Positions 37,570 to 49,060 of a DNA stretch of 64,000 nucleotides are shown in pieces. The DNA comes from Dehalococcoidia bacterium (lineage in GTDB: Bacteria; Chloroflexota; Dehalococcoidia; SM23-28-2), in NCBI GenBank assembly GCA_034429995.1, contig DAOUEZ010000007.1, positions 9,362-73,361 of the forward strand. The letters are read 5' to 3'. Made by a program: the position numbers and the translations under genes. The notes under the pieces are model-generated. The model did no database searches. It worked only from the letters and a program-made list of their open reading frames with translations, and was not told the origin of the DNA. Each line of letters starts with the position of its first letter. Within the stretch, counting starts at the first letter, position 1.

Positions 37570-38115
37570 GTGGCCAACGTGGTGCTGGTGGTGGATATGC
37601 TGCGTGGCTTCTGCGAGGAGGGCTATCCCCTCTACGTAGGAGAGACCATCCGCCAGATCATCCCCGACATCCGTCGCCTGCTGGAGAAGGAGAGGGCCAA
37701 GGGTTCGCACATCATCTTCCTCTGCGATAGCCACGCCCCCGACGACAAGGAGTTCCAGATGTTCCCGCCTCACTGCATTCGAGGCACAGAGGAGGCAGAG
37801 ATCATCCCCGAGCTGCGGCAGTTCGCCGACGAGGTCATCCCCAAGACTCGCTTCAGCGGTTTCTACGGCACCAACATAGAGGAGCGACTGCGCGAGCTGA
37901 ACCCCGACAAGATCATCGTCGTGGGCGACTGCACGGACATCTGCGTGATGCACACGGTGGCCGATGCTCGCAATCGGGACTACCTGGTAGAGGTACCCGC
38001 GGACTGCGTGGCCACCTTCGACCAGGAAGCTCATCGCTATGCCCTACGGCACATGGAGAAGATCCTGGGGGCCAAGGTAGTAGGCCCGCCCGCTGAAGGG
38101 AGGGAGAAACCATGA
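37570..38115 (+). CDS. pncA: Nicotinamidase/isochorismatase family cysteine hydrolase
   Basis: VVDMLRGF, DSH, PPHC, KTRFSGF, GDCTDICV; adjacent to pncB. Confidence 0.8.
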   Translation: MANVVLVVDMLRGFCEEGYPLYVGETIRQIIPDIRRLLEKERAKGSHIIFLCDSHAPDDKEFQMFPPHCIRGTEEAEIIPELRQFADEVIPKTRFSGFYGTNIEERLRELNPDKIIVVGDCTDICVMHTVADARNRDYLVEVPADCVATFDQEAHRYALRHMEKILGAKVVGPPAEGREKP

Positions 38116-39125
38116 CAGAGGAGCAGCCTGTGGGCCAGACCCCCTTTCCTCTATCCCCACAGGTGCTGGCCGGCGATACCTCCGATGTCTATTTCCTGCG
38201 CACTCACCGCATCATGGAGCTGGAGGAGGTCAACCCGCGGGTGACCATGGAGTTCTTCCCCAGCGGCGACGGTATCCTCTGCGGCATGAAGGAGGTGCTG
38301 GCCCTCCTTGGCCAGGCCCTCCCAGCCGATGGCGAGGTCTGGGCCCTGAAGGAGGGCAAGTCCTTTCGTCTCAAGGAGGTCGCCCTGCGAGTCACCGCCC
38401 CCTATCTCTCCTTCGGCGTCTACGAGACGGCCATCCTGGGCATCCTGGCCCACGAGAGTGGCTGGGCCACCGCCGCCCGCGAGTGCGTGGAGGCCGCCCA
38501 AGGCCTGCCCATAGTGAGCTTTGGCGCCCGCCACGTTCACCCGGCGGTGGTGGCGGCCATGGAGTACGCCGCCATGGTGGGCGGCTGCGTCTCCTGCTCG
38601 ACTCCCGCGGGCGCCCAACTGGCGGGTGTGAGCCCTTCGGGGACTATGCCTCACGCCATGATGCTCTGCTTCGGCGATACAGCGCGGGCGACGCTAGCCT
38701 TCGACAAGCACATGCCGCCCGAGGTCCCGCGCATCGTCCTGGTAGACACCTTCCATGACGAGCCGGAGGAGGCCCTGCAGGCCGCCCACGCCCTGGGCGA
38801 TCGCCTCTACGGCGTGCGCCTGGACACCCCCGGCGAGCGAGGGGGCGTTACTCCCGACCTGGTGATAGAAGCGCGGGCTCGGCTCGACCTGGCCGGATTT
38901 CAGCACGTCAAGCTAGTCGTCAGCGGCGGCGTGACCCCCGCCCGCATCCGGGCGTTCCTGGAGGCGGGTGCCCCGGTGGACAGCTTCGGCGTGGGCAGCT
39001 ACATCAGCGGCGCTCGCCCCATCGATTTCACTGCCGACATCAAGGAGGTGGAAGGCAAACCGGTGGCTAAGCGCGGCCGCATCCCCGGCATCATCGCCAA
39101 CCCCCGCCTTCATCGAGCCATCTAA
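38112..39125 (+). CDS. pncB: Nicotinate phosphoribosyltransferase
   Basis: SDVYF, FGARH, GTMPHA, LVDTF, GVRLDT, SGG, FGVGS. Confidence 0.88.
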   Translation: MTEEQPVGQTPFPLSPQVLAGDTSDVYFLRTHRIMELEEVNPRVTMEFFPSGDGILCGMKEVLALLGQALPADGEVWALKEGKSFRLKEVALRVTAPYLSFGVYETAILGILAHESGWATAARECVEAAQGLPIVSFGARHVHPAVVAAMEYAAMVGGCVSCSTPAGAQLAGVSPSGTMPHAMMLCFGDTARATLAFDKHMPPEVPRIVLVDTFHDEPEEALQAAHALGDRLYGVRLDTPGERGGVTPDLVIEARARLDLAGFQHVKLVVSGGVTPARIRAFLEAGAPVDSFGVGSYISGARPIDFTADIKEVEGKPVAKRGRIPGIIANPRLHRAI

Positions 39126-39146
39126 GAACCCCGTTCGCCCTCCTTA

Positions 39147-39174
39147 TTGACTCTTAGCCGTTCCCTCCTACAAT
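39147..39174 (+). promoter_or_regulatory. Putative sigma70 promoter
   Basis: TTGACT-N16-TACAAT upstream of ATG 39219. Confidence 0.5.
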
Positions 39175-39218
39175 AGGACTGCTGTGCCTGCCGCAGCAGG
39201 CCGAAAGGCAGCCCCAGT

Positions 39219-40886
39219 ATGGGACGATGGAAGGCCTGGGCGCTTGCCTGGCTCCTGGCAGCGACCCTAGCGGCGCTGCTCCTCCAGGCGCCCTCCGCTC
39301 GGGGTGACGAACTCCTCGTCAACGGGGGGTTCGAGGACGGCGTTGCTCCCTGGATGGCATGGGGTGGAGAGCTGAACGTCGCGGCTGGGCTGGGGCGGAA
39401 CGACTCGGTAGCCGGGGTCTTCAGCACGGACACTGCGGACTACCATTGGGTGGGCCAGTGCGTTCCTGCCTTGGGAGAAGTCGACTATCAGTTCAGCGGC
39501 TGGGTGGCATGGCCTGGACAGGCTCAAGCGCCGTCGGCCTATCTGCGCATATCGTGGTACAGTCAGGCGGATTGTTTTGGGGACGAAGTTGATCCCGCAG
39601 ATGACTCAGCTACTATCCCTCTAGTCGACCCTGGCTACTGGTACTACCTGACCCTGGAGACTGATACGACGGTCGCAACCGCTCGTTCGGCTCGCGTCAG
39701 TATTATTGTGCTCGAAGGCGGCGCCACCGTCTACCTGGACGACTTCAGCTTCACTGGCTCTCCTGCTCCCACTCCCACTCCCACTCCCACTCCCACTCCC
39801 ACTCCCACGCCCACGCCCACGCCCACGCCCTCGCCCTCACCCACCGCTAGCCCATCGCCCTCGCCTGAGCCAACCGCATCGCCCACAGCCAGTCCGTCGC
39901 CCACCGCTGTTCCCACCGCGACAAAAGTGCCGTCCACTGCCACGCCTCCACTCTCCACCCCAACCCCGCCCGCCGGGCTGGTAAACGGTGGCTTTGAGGA
40001 GACAGACGATGAGGGGAAACCCCTCGGCTGGCGGAAGTACGGCGGCGAACTGCGGCGCAGCGCCGCCGCCAGCCGGGACGGACGGTTCGCTGCTGCCTTC
40101 ACCAGCCGAACGGCCTCCACCAAGTGGGCCTTCCAGGCGGTGGCTGTGGAAGGGGGCGAGGCCTACGCTCTCAGTGGCTACGCTCTGAAGGACAACGCCA
40201 ACGTGCAGGCCGCCTATCTGCGCCTCTCCTGGTATACCAGCCTCGATGGGAGTGGCAGAGCCATCGACACCGTCGATTCTACGACCCGCCTGACCGATGA
40301 CTCCCCCGACTTTCGCTTCCTCAGCAGCGGTCCAGTGGTGGCCCCCGCTGAGGCTGCCAGCGCCAAGGTGCGCCTGATGCTCGACCCTCTATCGGAGGCG
40401 GAGGCGACGGTCTACTTCGATGCCATCTCCTTTGGCGAGACGACAATGCCCCCTCAGCCCGTGGAGACGCCTCAGCCGTCTCCCACCGTTGCCAGCAGAG
40501 AAAGCCCCACGGCCTCGGCGGTTGTGCCTGCAGCGTCGCCCGAGCAGCCTAAGCCATCACCGTCGCCGGATCCGCCGCGCCCGTCGCCCACGGTGCTGGG
40601 CGCCACGCAGGGCAGCCCAGAGGCCACGGCCTCCAGCCTAGATGCATCTTCCCACAGCGACGCGGGCCCCGAGGGGACATCCCCGCGGACGCCGGCCCTT
40701 CTATACAGGGAGAGGAGGGCTGCCCAGTCTACCCAGGGAGCGGCAGGTGTCGTCGCAGGAGCCGATGAGGGCGATGGCCTCTCGCCCATCGTGCTGGTCT
40801 TGGCCGTGGCGCCGCCAGCGGCTGCTGCCGCAGCAACGGCCTTCCTTCTCTGGCAGCGACGGAAGAAGAGGGCTCGCCCTCCCTAG
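39219..40886 (+). CDS. Surface protein with two CBM4/9-like jelly-roll domains, Pro/Thr/Ser linkers and a C-terminal TM anchor
   Basis: Signal peptide; two repeats starting LVNGGFE and ending vYlD(D/A)xSF; C-terminal hydrophobic helix followed by QRRKKR. Confidence 0.75.
   Translation: MGRWKAWALAWLLAATLAALLLQAPSARGDELLVNGGFEDGVAPWMAWGGELNVAAGLGRNDSVAGVFSTDTADYHWVGQCVPALGEVDYQFSGWVAWPGQAQAPSAYLRISWYSQADCFGDEVDPADDSATIPLVDPGYWYYLTLETDTTVATARSARVSIIVLEGGATVYLDDFSFTGSPAPTPTPTPTPTPTPTPTPTPTPSPSPTASPSPSPEPTASPTASPSPTAVPTATKVPSTATPPLSTPTPPAGLVNGGFEETDDEGKPLGWRKYGGELRRSAAASRDGRFAAAFTSRTASTKWAFQAVAVEGGEAYALSGYALKDNANVQAAYLRLSWYTSLDGSGRAIDTVDSTTRLTDDSPDFRFLSSGPVVAPAEAASAKVRLMLDPLSEAEATVYFDAISFGETTMPPQPVETPQPSPTVASRESPTASAVVPAASPEQPKPSPSPDPPRPSPTVLGATQGSPEATASSLDASSHSDAGPEGTSPRTPALLYRERRAAQSTQGAAGVVAGADEGDGLSPIVLVLAVAPPAAAAAATAFLLWQRRKKRARPP
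39768..39827 (+). repeat. Hexanucleotide tandem repeat encoding (PT)10
   Basis: (CCCACT)x6 followed by (CCCACG)x4. Confidence 0.95.
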
Positions 40887-40909
40887 GGGGTTTGGGGTAA
40901 TCTATAGGC

Positions 40910-41659
40910 GTGACGGAGGCAGGTCAGCGACGGCCAGCGGCCCAACGCCGGAAGGCACTGACAGGCAGGGGGGCGCACAAGCTTCCCCGAACCATCGCCA
41001 TCGATGGCCCCAGCGCCTCGGGCAAGAGCAGCGTGGGGTATCTGGTGGCTGAAAGACTCGGGTATCTCTTCCTAGACACCGGCGCCACCTACCGTGCCCT
41101 GACCTGGCTGGCCATTCAGCGGGGAGTCCACTTGGAGGACGAGAAGGGCCTCGTCCGATTGGCTGCCCAGGTGGATATGAAGCTGGGCCCTCCGGCAGCC
41201 GGGTCCAGCGAGCGCTGCACCATCTGGGTCGATGGTGAGGACCTGACCGCTGTCCTGAGGCAGCCGGACGTGGAGGCAGCGGTGTCCCTGGTCTCCCGCG
41301 TGCCCCAGGTGCGGCGGGCCTTGGTGGCCGTCCAGCGGCGGCTGGCTAGTCGACGCAGGGTGGTGATGGCCGGTCGCGACATCGGCACGGTGGTTCTGCC
41401 CAGTGCTGACCTGAAGGTCTATCTGGATGCGTCCGTGGAGGAGCGAGTGCGGCGGCGGCAGGAGGAAATGGCCACCCTGGGGAGGCCTTTCACCGAGAGT
41501 GACGCTCGTCAACGGATCCTGCGCCGGGACGCCATCGATTCGGAGAGGGAGGATTCGCCCCTGAGAGCGGCTGAGGACGCCATCGTCATCAACACCGACG
41601 GACTGAACCAGGAGCAGGTGGTGGAAAAGATAGTGGCCCTGGCGGAGGGCAGGTCGTGA
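40910..41659 (+). CDS. cmk: Cytidylate kinase
   Basis: IAIDGPSASGKSS, LDTGATYR, GRDIGTVV. Confidence 0.95.
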   Translation: MTEAGQRRPAAQRRKALTGRGAHKLPRTIAIDGPSASGKSSVGYLVAERLGYLFLDTGATYRALTWLAIQRGVHLEDEKGLVRLAAQVDMKLGPPAAGSSERCTIWVDGEDLTAVLRQPDVEAAVSLVSRVPQVRRALVAVQRRLASRRRVVMAGRDIGTVVLPSADLKVYLDASVEERVRRRQEEMATLGRPFTESDARQRILRRDAIDSEREDSPLRAAEDAIVINTDGLNQEQVVEKIVALAEGRS

Positions 41660-42348
41660 GGACCGTAGCGATCGCTCTGTTCTACCGGTTCGCCAAATTG
41701 GTGATTGGCCTCATCCTGCTTGTCTGGACGCGCAAGCAGGTGGTGGGGCTGGAGAACGTCCCCAGGCGGGGCCCGGTCATCCTGGCCTCCAACCACGTGA
41801 GCTTGCTCGACCCAGCTCTTCTGCCGGTGTTGGTGCCGAGGCGCATCGTCTATATGGGTAAGATCGAGCTGTGGAGGACGCCGATCATCGGGCCTCTGTA
41901 CGGACTGGTTGGGTTCATTCCTGTGCGGCGATTCGAGGCCGATCTGGCAGCCCTGCGCAAGGCGGAGAAGGTTCTGCGCCAGAACCAGGTGCTGGGCATG
42001 TTCCCCGAGGGCACACGTAGCCGCAAGCCAGGCCTGAGCAAGGGACAGCCAGGCACAGCCATCATAGCCCTGCGCAGTGGTGCCCCGATCGTGCCCGTGG
42101 CGGTTACTGGCACCGAAGGGGTGGCCGTGCCTCGCTCTTTCTTCCGCTTGACACGGGTGCGCGTGGTCTTCGGCAAGCCCTTTGAGTTCCGTAAAGGCCG
42201 TCGCCTCAACGCCGAACTGGTCGAACAGTGTACCGAGCGGATCATGAAGGAGATCGCCGTGCTTCTCCCTGAGGAGTACCGGGGCGTCTACGCTGAGCTG
42301 GTAGCCAGCCAATCGAAAGAGCAAGCCGAGAGTATTGGTCTGACCTAG
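41656..42348 (+). CDS. plsC: 1-acyl-sn-glycerol-3-phosphate acyltransferase
   Basis: NHVSLLD (HxxxxD), FPEGTRS. Confidence 0.88.
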   Translation: MRTVAIALFYRFAKLVIGLILLVWTRKQVVGLENVPRRGPVILASNHVSLLDPALLPVLVPRRIVYMGKIELWRTPIIGPLYGLVGFIPVRRFEADLAALRKAEKVLRQNQVLGMFPEGTRSRKPGLSKGQPGTAIIALRSGAPIVPVAVTGTEGVAVPRSFFRLTRVRVVFGKPFEFRKGRRLNAELVEQCTERIMKEIAVLLPEEYRGVYAELVASQSKEQAESIGLT

Positions 42349-42357
42349 AGAGCGGGT

Positions 42358-43218
42358 GTGGCTGTGGAGATACTGCTGGCGAAGGAGATGGGCTTCTGCT
42401 GGGGCGTGCGGCGGGCCATCAACATAATGGAGAAGGCTGCCAGCGAGCGCGGGCAAGTCATCAGCCTGGGGCCCATCGTCCATAATCCCCAGGTGGTGGC
42501 TGCCCTGGCCGAGAAGGGCGTTCAGGTGACCAGCAGCATCGATGGTGTGAGCGGCACAGCGGTGGCTATCGCCGCCCACGGCGTGGGGCCGAAGGTGCTG
42601 GAGGAAGCAAAGGCCAAGGGTCTGGACATCATCGACACCACCTGCCCTATCGTCACCCGCTCCCAGCGGTGGGCCAAGAAGATGGCCGAGGACGGATTCA
42701 CCGTCATTGTTTACGGTGACGCCGATCACCGCGAGGTCAAGGGGGTTCTGAGCTGGGCTCAGGGGAAAGGCATCGCTCTGGCTGAGGAGGATGTTCATTC
42801 GCTGCCCCAGGAACTCCCATCGCGAGTGGCCATCATTCCCCAGACGACCCAGAATCCGGCCCACTTCGCCGCATTCATCGGCCGCCTCATCGGCGAGCGC
42901 TTGCCTCAGATCAGCGAACTGCAAGTAGTCAATACGTTGTGCAATGTCACTGCCAGCCAGCAGGCGGCGGCCCGAGAGCTGGCTCAGGAGGTCGAACTGA
43001 TGTTGGTGATCGGCGGCCACAACAGCGCCAACAGCCGCCACCTGGCGGAGGTCTGCCGCGAAGCAGGCGTGGAGACCCACCACATCGAGACGGCAGCCGA
43101 AGTGGAAGAGGAGTGGCTGACTGGGCGAGAGCGGGTGGGCATAACAGCGGGCGCCTCTACTCCCGACTGGACGGTAGAGGAGGTCGTCCGCTGCATGCGG
43201 GAGCTGGCCCCAAGGTGA
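42358..43218 (+). CDS. ispH: 4-hydroxy-3-methylbut-2-enyl diphosphate reductase
   Basis: GFCWGVRRA, HNP, DTTCP, TLCNVT, SANS, TAGASTP. Confidence 0.96.
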   Translation: MAVEILLAKEMGFCWGVRRAINIMEKAASERGQVISLGPIVHNPQVVAALAEKGVQVTSSIDGVSGTAVAIAAHGVGPKVLEEAKAKGLDIIDTTCPIVTRSQRWAKKMAEDGFTVIVYGDADHREVKGVLSWAQGKGIALAEEDVHSLPQELPSRVAIIPQTTQNPAHFAAFIGRLIGERLPQISELQVVNTLCNVTASQQAAARELAQEVELMLVIGGHNSANSRHLAEVCREAGVETHHIETAAEVEEEWLTGRERVGITAGASTPDWTVEEVVRCMRELAPR

Positions 43219-43270
43219 TAGCCTTGCCGCCGCCGTGCTGGCTCGTTGGTTTGATGGGATAGCGATTGCC

Positions 43271-44155
43271 ATGAAGATACAAAGTAAGAGCGGTGTGCCG
43301 GTATATACTGATTACGAGGAGAACACCGTCGTTGACCCTGACAACCGCGTTCTAGCCTGGAAGGCGAGTAAGGATAGATTCCCTCCGGGCCAATTCGGCC
43401 CAGAGATAGAGAAGGCCTTCCCGGAGGGGTTGCCACGTATTGGTAGCCGGCACAGTGAAGACGCCCTTTCGTGGAATCTCTTTCGCTCGCTGCAACTAGC
43501 CGGGAAGCTATCATTGGTGGGGGACTTCGCAGCTCCGGGGGAGGATTTTGAGGCGGTGTATTTCTGGGGCCGTGACGCCCACCAGGGAAGCGAGCAAATT
43601 GACCCTGAAATCCAGGAGCTCCTAAATGAGATGGAGCCATGGGGGAAGAACGGAACTCAGCAGCAAACCGAAACCGATGTCATGTTGGGAGGAAAACGGC
43701 ATATAATCATGATCGAGAGCAAGCTAGGCGAGGCCGGAAAAACAATCAAGGCCTGGTGCAGAAGCAGTCAAGGCATGCGTCCTGAGTACAGGGCCTTTCT
43801 GGAGAGAGTGGAGGAAGAGCGGAGCGAGCCCCTCTTCTCCCCTTCCTTTGACTACGAGAAGGACGGAAACCGTTTCTACCAGCTCTTCCGCAACTACCTC
43901 TTGGGGGCCGCCTTATCCTGGAAGTGGAAGGCCGACTTCTCGCTCTTGGCCATTGTGAACTCTCTGAACTCCAACCTGGGCGGCAGAAGTCACCAGGACG
44001 AATTCCAGTCCTTTGGGTCCCTCCTAGTACGCTCCTCAAACGCCCTCTTGACGACGTGGCAACAAATTTGGGAGCGTTTGCGTTCGGAATCAGGCTTGCA
44101 CAACTTGCAAATGTGGCTTTTGAACCATCCGCTTCTACAGTTGGAGGGGAGATAA
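43271..44155 (+). CDS. Putative PD-(D/E)xK restriction-endonuclease-like protein
   Basis: SEDALSWNLF, TETDVML...IESK, YQLFRN; visibly more AT-rich than its flanks. Confidence 0.6.
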   Translation: MKIQSKSGVPVYTDYEENTVVDPDNRVLAWKASKDRFPPGQFGPEIEKAFPEGLPRIGSRHSEDALSWNLFRSLQLAGKLSLVGDFAAPGEDFEAVYFWGRDAHQGSEQIDPEIQELLNEMEPWGKNGTQQQTETDVMLGGKRHIIMIESKLGEAGKTIKAWCRSSQGMRPEYRAFLERVEEERSEPLFSPSFDYEKDGNRFYQLFRNYLLGAALSWKWKADFSLLAIVNSLNSNLGGRSHQDEFQSFGSLLVRSSNALLTTWQQIWERLRSESGLHNLQMWLLNHPLLQLEGR

Positions 44156-44207
44156 TGCGCCGCGGCTTTGCTTGCGCTTCGCGCTACTGTTCTGGGACTA
44201 AGGCGTC

Positions 44208-46052
<1,845 letters not shown>

Positions 46053-46156
46053 GCACAGGAGCGCAACTGCCGCCAAATTTGGCCACTGGAAGCGTAACAG
46101 AGGGCTTCCCCGATCGTCTATCGTATACGCAGCTATAGAGCACGCTGAATTGTCTC

Positions 46157-46184
46157 TGGACAGGCTGAGGGGCCATGCTATAAT
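46157..46184 (+). promoter_or_regulatory. Putative ppsA promoter
   Basis: TGGACA-N16-TATAAT with extended -10 TGc. Confidence 0.5.
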
Positions 46185-46242
46185 GAGCGGTGGCCCCTGA
46201 ACCGGTGAGGACATAGCCCAAAGCGGCGAGGAGGCGAACCAA

Positions 46243-48528
46243 ATGAAGACTAGCGAGCGAGAGGTGTTATGGTTCACGGAGGTTGGCAAACAAGACATAC
46301 CTCTAGCGGGAGGAAAGGGAGCCAACCTCGGGGAGATGACCCAAGCCCAGATCCCGGTACCCCCGGGGTTTATTGTCACTGCCCACACCTATAGCGACTT
46401 CGTTGAGCAATCCGGTCTTCGCCCCACTGTCCAGAAGCTCCTTTCCCCTCTGGACTATAACGATAGTGCTCGGCTTCAGAAGGTCTCCGAGGAGATAAAA
46501 TCCCTTATACGCAGCGTCCCTGTGCCTGAGCAGATCGCGGCTGAGATCAAGAAGGCCTATCGCCAATTGGGCGGTGGCCCGGTAGCTGTACGCAGCTCGG
46601 CCACCGCCGAGGACCTCGCCGACGCCTCCTTCGCCGGCCAGCAGGCCACCTTCCTGAACGTAGTGGGTGAGGACGAAGTGGTGGACGCCGTACGCGCCTG
46701 TTGGGCCTCCCTCTTCGAGGCGCGGGCTATCTTCTACCGGGCCGACAAGGGGTTCGAGCACCTAGAGGTGGCCATCGCTGTTCCCGTGCAGCGTATGGTG
46801 CAATCCTCCCGCTCGGGTGTCATGTTCACCCTGGAGCCGGTCAGCGGCGATCGTTCCAAGATCGCCATCGAGGCCGTCTTCGGCCTGGGCGAGGCCATCG
46901 TCTCGGGCGAGATCACGCCCGACCTCTACGTGCTGGACAAGGCCAGCCTGCGCATCCTGGAGAAGCGGGTGGTGAACCAGGAGCGCCAGCTGGTCCGGAA
47001 TCCCAAGGCAGATGCCGAGGGCGAGATCAACATCTGGCTGGCCGTTCCGGGCGAGCTACGCCAACAGCGGAAGCTGAACGATGAGCAGATCGTCGCCCTG
47101 GCCGCCACTGGCAAGCGGGTGGAGGAGCACTATGGCTTCCCTCAGGACATCGAGTGGGCGGAGGAAAAGGGCGAGCTATTCATCCTCCAGACGCGGCCGG
47201 TGACCGCTCTGGCGGTCGCCGCGGTGGAAGCGGAGGAGACGGTGGAGACGGCGCCGCTGCTTGTCAGTGGCTCCCCAGCCAGCCCCGGCGCAGCGGCGGG
47301 GCCGGTGAAGATCGTCCTCAGCTCCTCTGAGATCGACCGGGTAGCGCAGGGCGACGTCCTGGTGGCAGAGATGACTACCCCTGACTTCGTGCCGGCTATG
47401 AAGCGCGCAGCGGCCATCGTCACCGACCGCGGCGGCCGCACCGCTCACGCCGCTATCGTCAGCCGCGAGCTGGGCATCCCCTGCGTGGTGGGAGCGGGGG
47501 AAGCGACCACTACATTGCGCAATGGTCAACTGGTGACCGTCGACGGTAGCCAGGGCAAGGTCTACGAGGGCCACGCGGAGACGCGGCTGGCCTGGGCTGC
47601 CCAGGAAAAGGCTCGCCAGGCGGCAATGGGGGCCATCGAGACCCGCACCAAAGTCTACGTCAACCTGGCGGAGCCGGAGCTAGCAGAGGTCGTGGCCGCC
47701 CGCAACGTTGATGGTGTAGGCCTCCTGCGGGCCGAGTTCATGATCGCTCAGATCGGTGAGCACCCTCAACTGGCCATCGATGAGGGGCGGAGCGAGGAGT
47801 ACATCGAGAAGCTGGCCGACAGCCTGCGCAAGTTTGCCAAGGCCTTCCATCCTCGGCCGGTGGTCTACCGCACCAACGACTTCAAGACCAACGAGTATCG
47901 CAATCTGCGCGGCGGCGAGAACTACGAGCAGTTCGAAGAGAACCCCATGATCGGCTATCGGGGCGCCTCTCGCTACATTCGCGACATCGACGTCTTCCGC
48001 CTGGAGCTGGAGGCCATTAAGCGAGTGCGGCAAGACTATGCCAACTTGTGGGTGATGATCCCCTTCGTCCGCACCCCCGAAGAGCTAGCCGGCGTGAGGG
48101 AGGTCATGGTACGCGAGGGACTGGCGCCCTCCCAGGACTTCAAGCTGTGGATGATGGCCGAGGTCCCCTCCAACGCCCTCATCCTGGACAAGTTCCTCGA
48201 TGTTGGCATCGACGGCATCTCCATCGGCTCCAACGACCTCACCCAGCTCGTCCTGGGGATCGACCGCGATAACGCCCGCCTCGCCGCCGAGTTCGATGAG
48301 CGCAACGAGGCGGTGCTGCTGGCCCTGGAGCATCTCATCAAGATGGCCAAGGCGCGGGGCGTCACTTCGTCCATCTGTGGTCAGGCTCCGTCCGACTACC
48401 CGGACCTGACCGAGAAGCTGGTGGAGTGGGGCATCACTTCCGTCTCCGTCACCCCGGACGTCATCGACAAGACCCGCAGGATTATCGCCGACGCGGAGGC
48501 GAGGCTGGCCGAGGTGGCCAGGGCCTAG
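46243..48528 (+). CDS. ppsA: Phosphoenolpyruvate synthase
   Basis: GGKGANLGEM, VRSSATAED, GGRTAHAAIVSRE, EENPMIGYRG, SIGSNDLTQ. Confidence 0.96.
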   Translation: MKTSEREVLWFTEVGKQDIPLAGGKGANLGEMTQAQIPVPPGFIVTAHTYSDFVEQSGLRPTVQKLLSPLDYNDSARLQKVSEEIKSLIRSVPVPEQIAAEIKKAYRQLGGGPVAVRSSATAEDLADASFAGQQATFLNVVGEDEVVDAVRACWASLFEARAIFYRADKGFEHLEVAIAVPVQRMVQSSRSGVMFTLEPVSGDRSKIAIEAVFGLGEAIVSGEITPDLYVLDKASLRILEKRVVNQERQLVRNPKADAEGEINIWLAVPGELRQQRKLNDEQIVALAATGKRVEEHYGFPQDIEWAEEKGELFILQTRPVTALAVAAVEAEETVETAPLLVSGSPASPGAAAGPVKIVLSSSEIDRVAQGDVLVAEMTTPDFVPAMKRAAAIVTDRGGRTAHAAIVSRELGIPCVVGAGEATTTLRNGQLVTVDGSQGKVYEGHAETRLAWAAQEKARQAAMGAIETRTKVYVNLAEPELAEVVAARNVDGVGLLRAEFMIAQIGEHPQLAIDEGRSEEYIEKLADSLRKFAKAFHPRPVVYRTNDFKTNEYRNLRGGENYEQFEENPMIGYRGASRYIRDIDVFRLELEAIKRVRQDYANLWVMIPFVRTPEELAGVREVMVREGLAPSQDFKLWMMAEVPSNALILDKFLDVGIDGISIGSNDLTQLVLGIDRDNARLAAEFDERNEAVLLALEHLIKMAKARGVTSSICGQAPSDYPDLTEKLVEWGITSVSVTPDVIDKTRRIIADAEARLAEVARA

Positions 48529-48973
48529 GTAGAGGGGAGAGGCCGAGAGGAGGCCCTTCGACTAGCTCAGGACAGACTACGCTGGGCGCTACGTTTGATT
48601 GTTGGGCGAAAGAGCGAATTTTGGGGGCTTCGCGGATAGACGCGGGGCCCTGTTCTTTGATTGTTTGGTGCGCGAGGTGGCGGGCGAGGAGGCGGACGGC
48701 GCGGTAGTTGAGGGGTGGTGGGGGTGGCAGGGGGCCGGGAGCGCCGGGGGTGTGGAGGGCGTTGAGGTGGCGGAGCCAGGCGGCGAGGGCGAGGCTGGCG
48801 GCGGTGGTCTGGTGACGACGGCGGGCGAGGCGCTGGAGGTAGCGGCGGAGGAGGGGGATTTGGGCGAGGGCAAGGGAGAGGGAGCGGACCTGCTGGGAGC
48901 GCAGGCCGTGCTTGAGGGCGTTGAGGTTGCCCCTGGGGGCGCCGGCGCCGGGTCGTTTGCCGCCCCTAGGCAT
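48482..48973 (-). CDS. Hypothetical protein with N-terminal GAPxGNxNAxKHG motif
   Basis: MPRGGKRPGAGAPRGNLNALKHG followed by a low-complexity C-terminus; the 3' end overlaps the ppsA stop, so the C-terminal part is uncertain. Confidence 0.5.
   Translation of the reverse strand: MPRGGKRPGAGAPRGNLNALKHGLRSQQVRSLSLALAQIPLLRRYLQRLARRRHQTTAASLALAAWLRHLNALHTPGAPGPLPPPPPLNYRAVRLLARHLAHQTIKEQGPASIREAPKIRSFAQQSNVAPSVVCPELVEGPPLGLSPLPRPWPPRPASPPRRR
48554..48575. repeat. Interspersed repeat half-copy
   Basis: CCCTTCGACTAGCTCAGGACAG shares its core with the copy at 9374. Confidence 0.55.
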
Positions 48974-49060
48974 GTGAGCCTCCTTCCGGTGGTGGTCTGC
49001 GGGTCTATGGTAGGACGGGCGGGCGAGAGGTGGAAGGGGGAGGTGGCAGTGGGGTGGGGG

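Noticed and set aside
39768-39860. CRISPR or non-coding tandem array
   Set aside because: These are in-frame hexamer repeats encoding a Pro/Thr linker, with no spacers.
41509-43272. 587-aa antisense ORF (also 12661..13968, 22952..24037, 26127..27308 and similar)
   Set aside because: Shadow ORFs opposite well-supported genes are expected in high-GC DNA and show no recognisable motifs.
44156-44207. glmS ribozyme
   Set aside because: The intergenic gap is only ~50 nt and lacks the ribozyme core.
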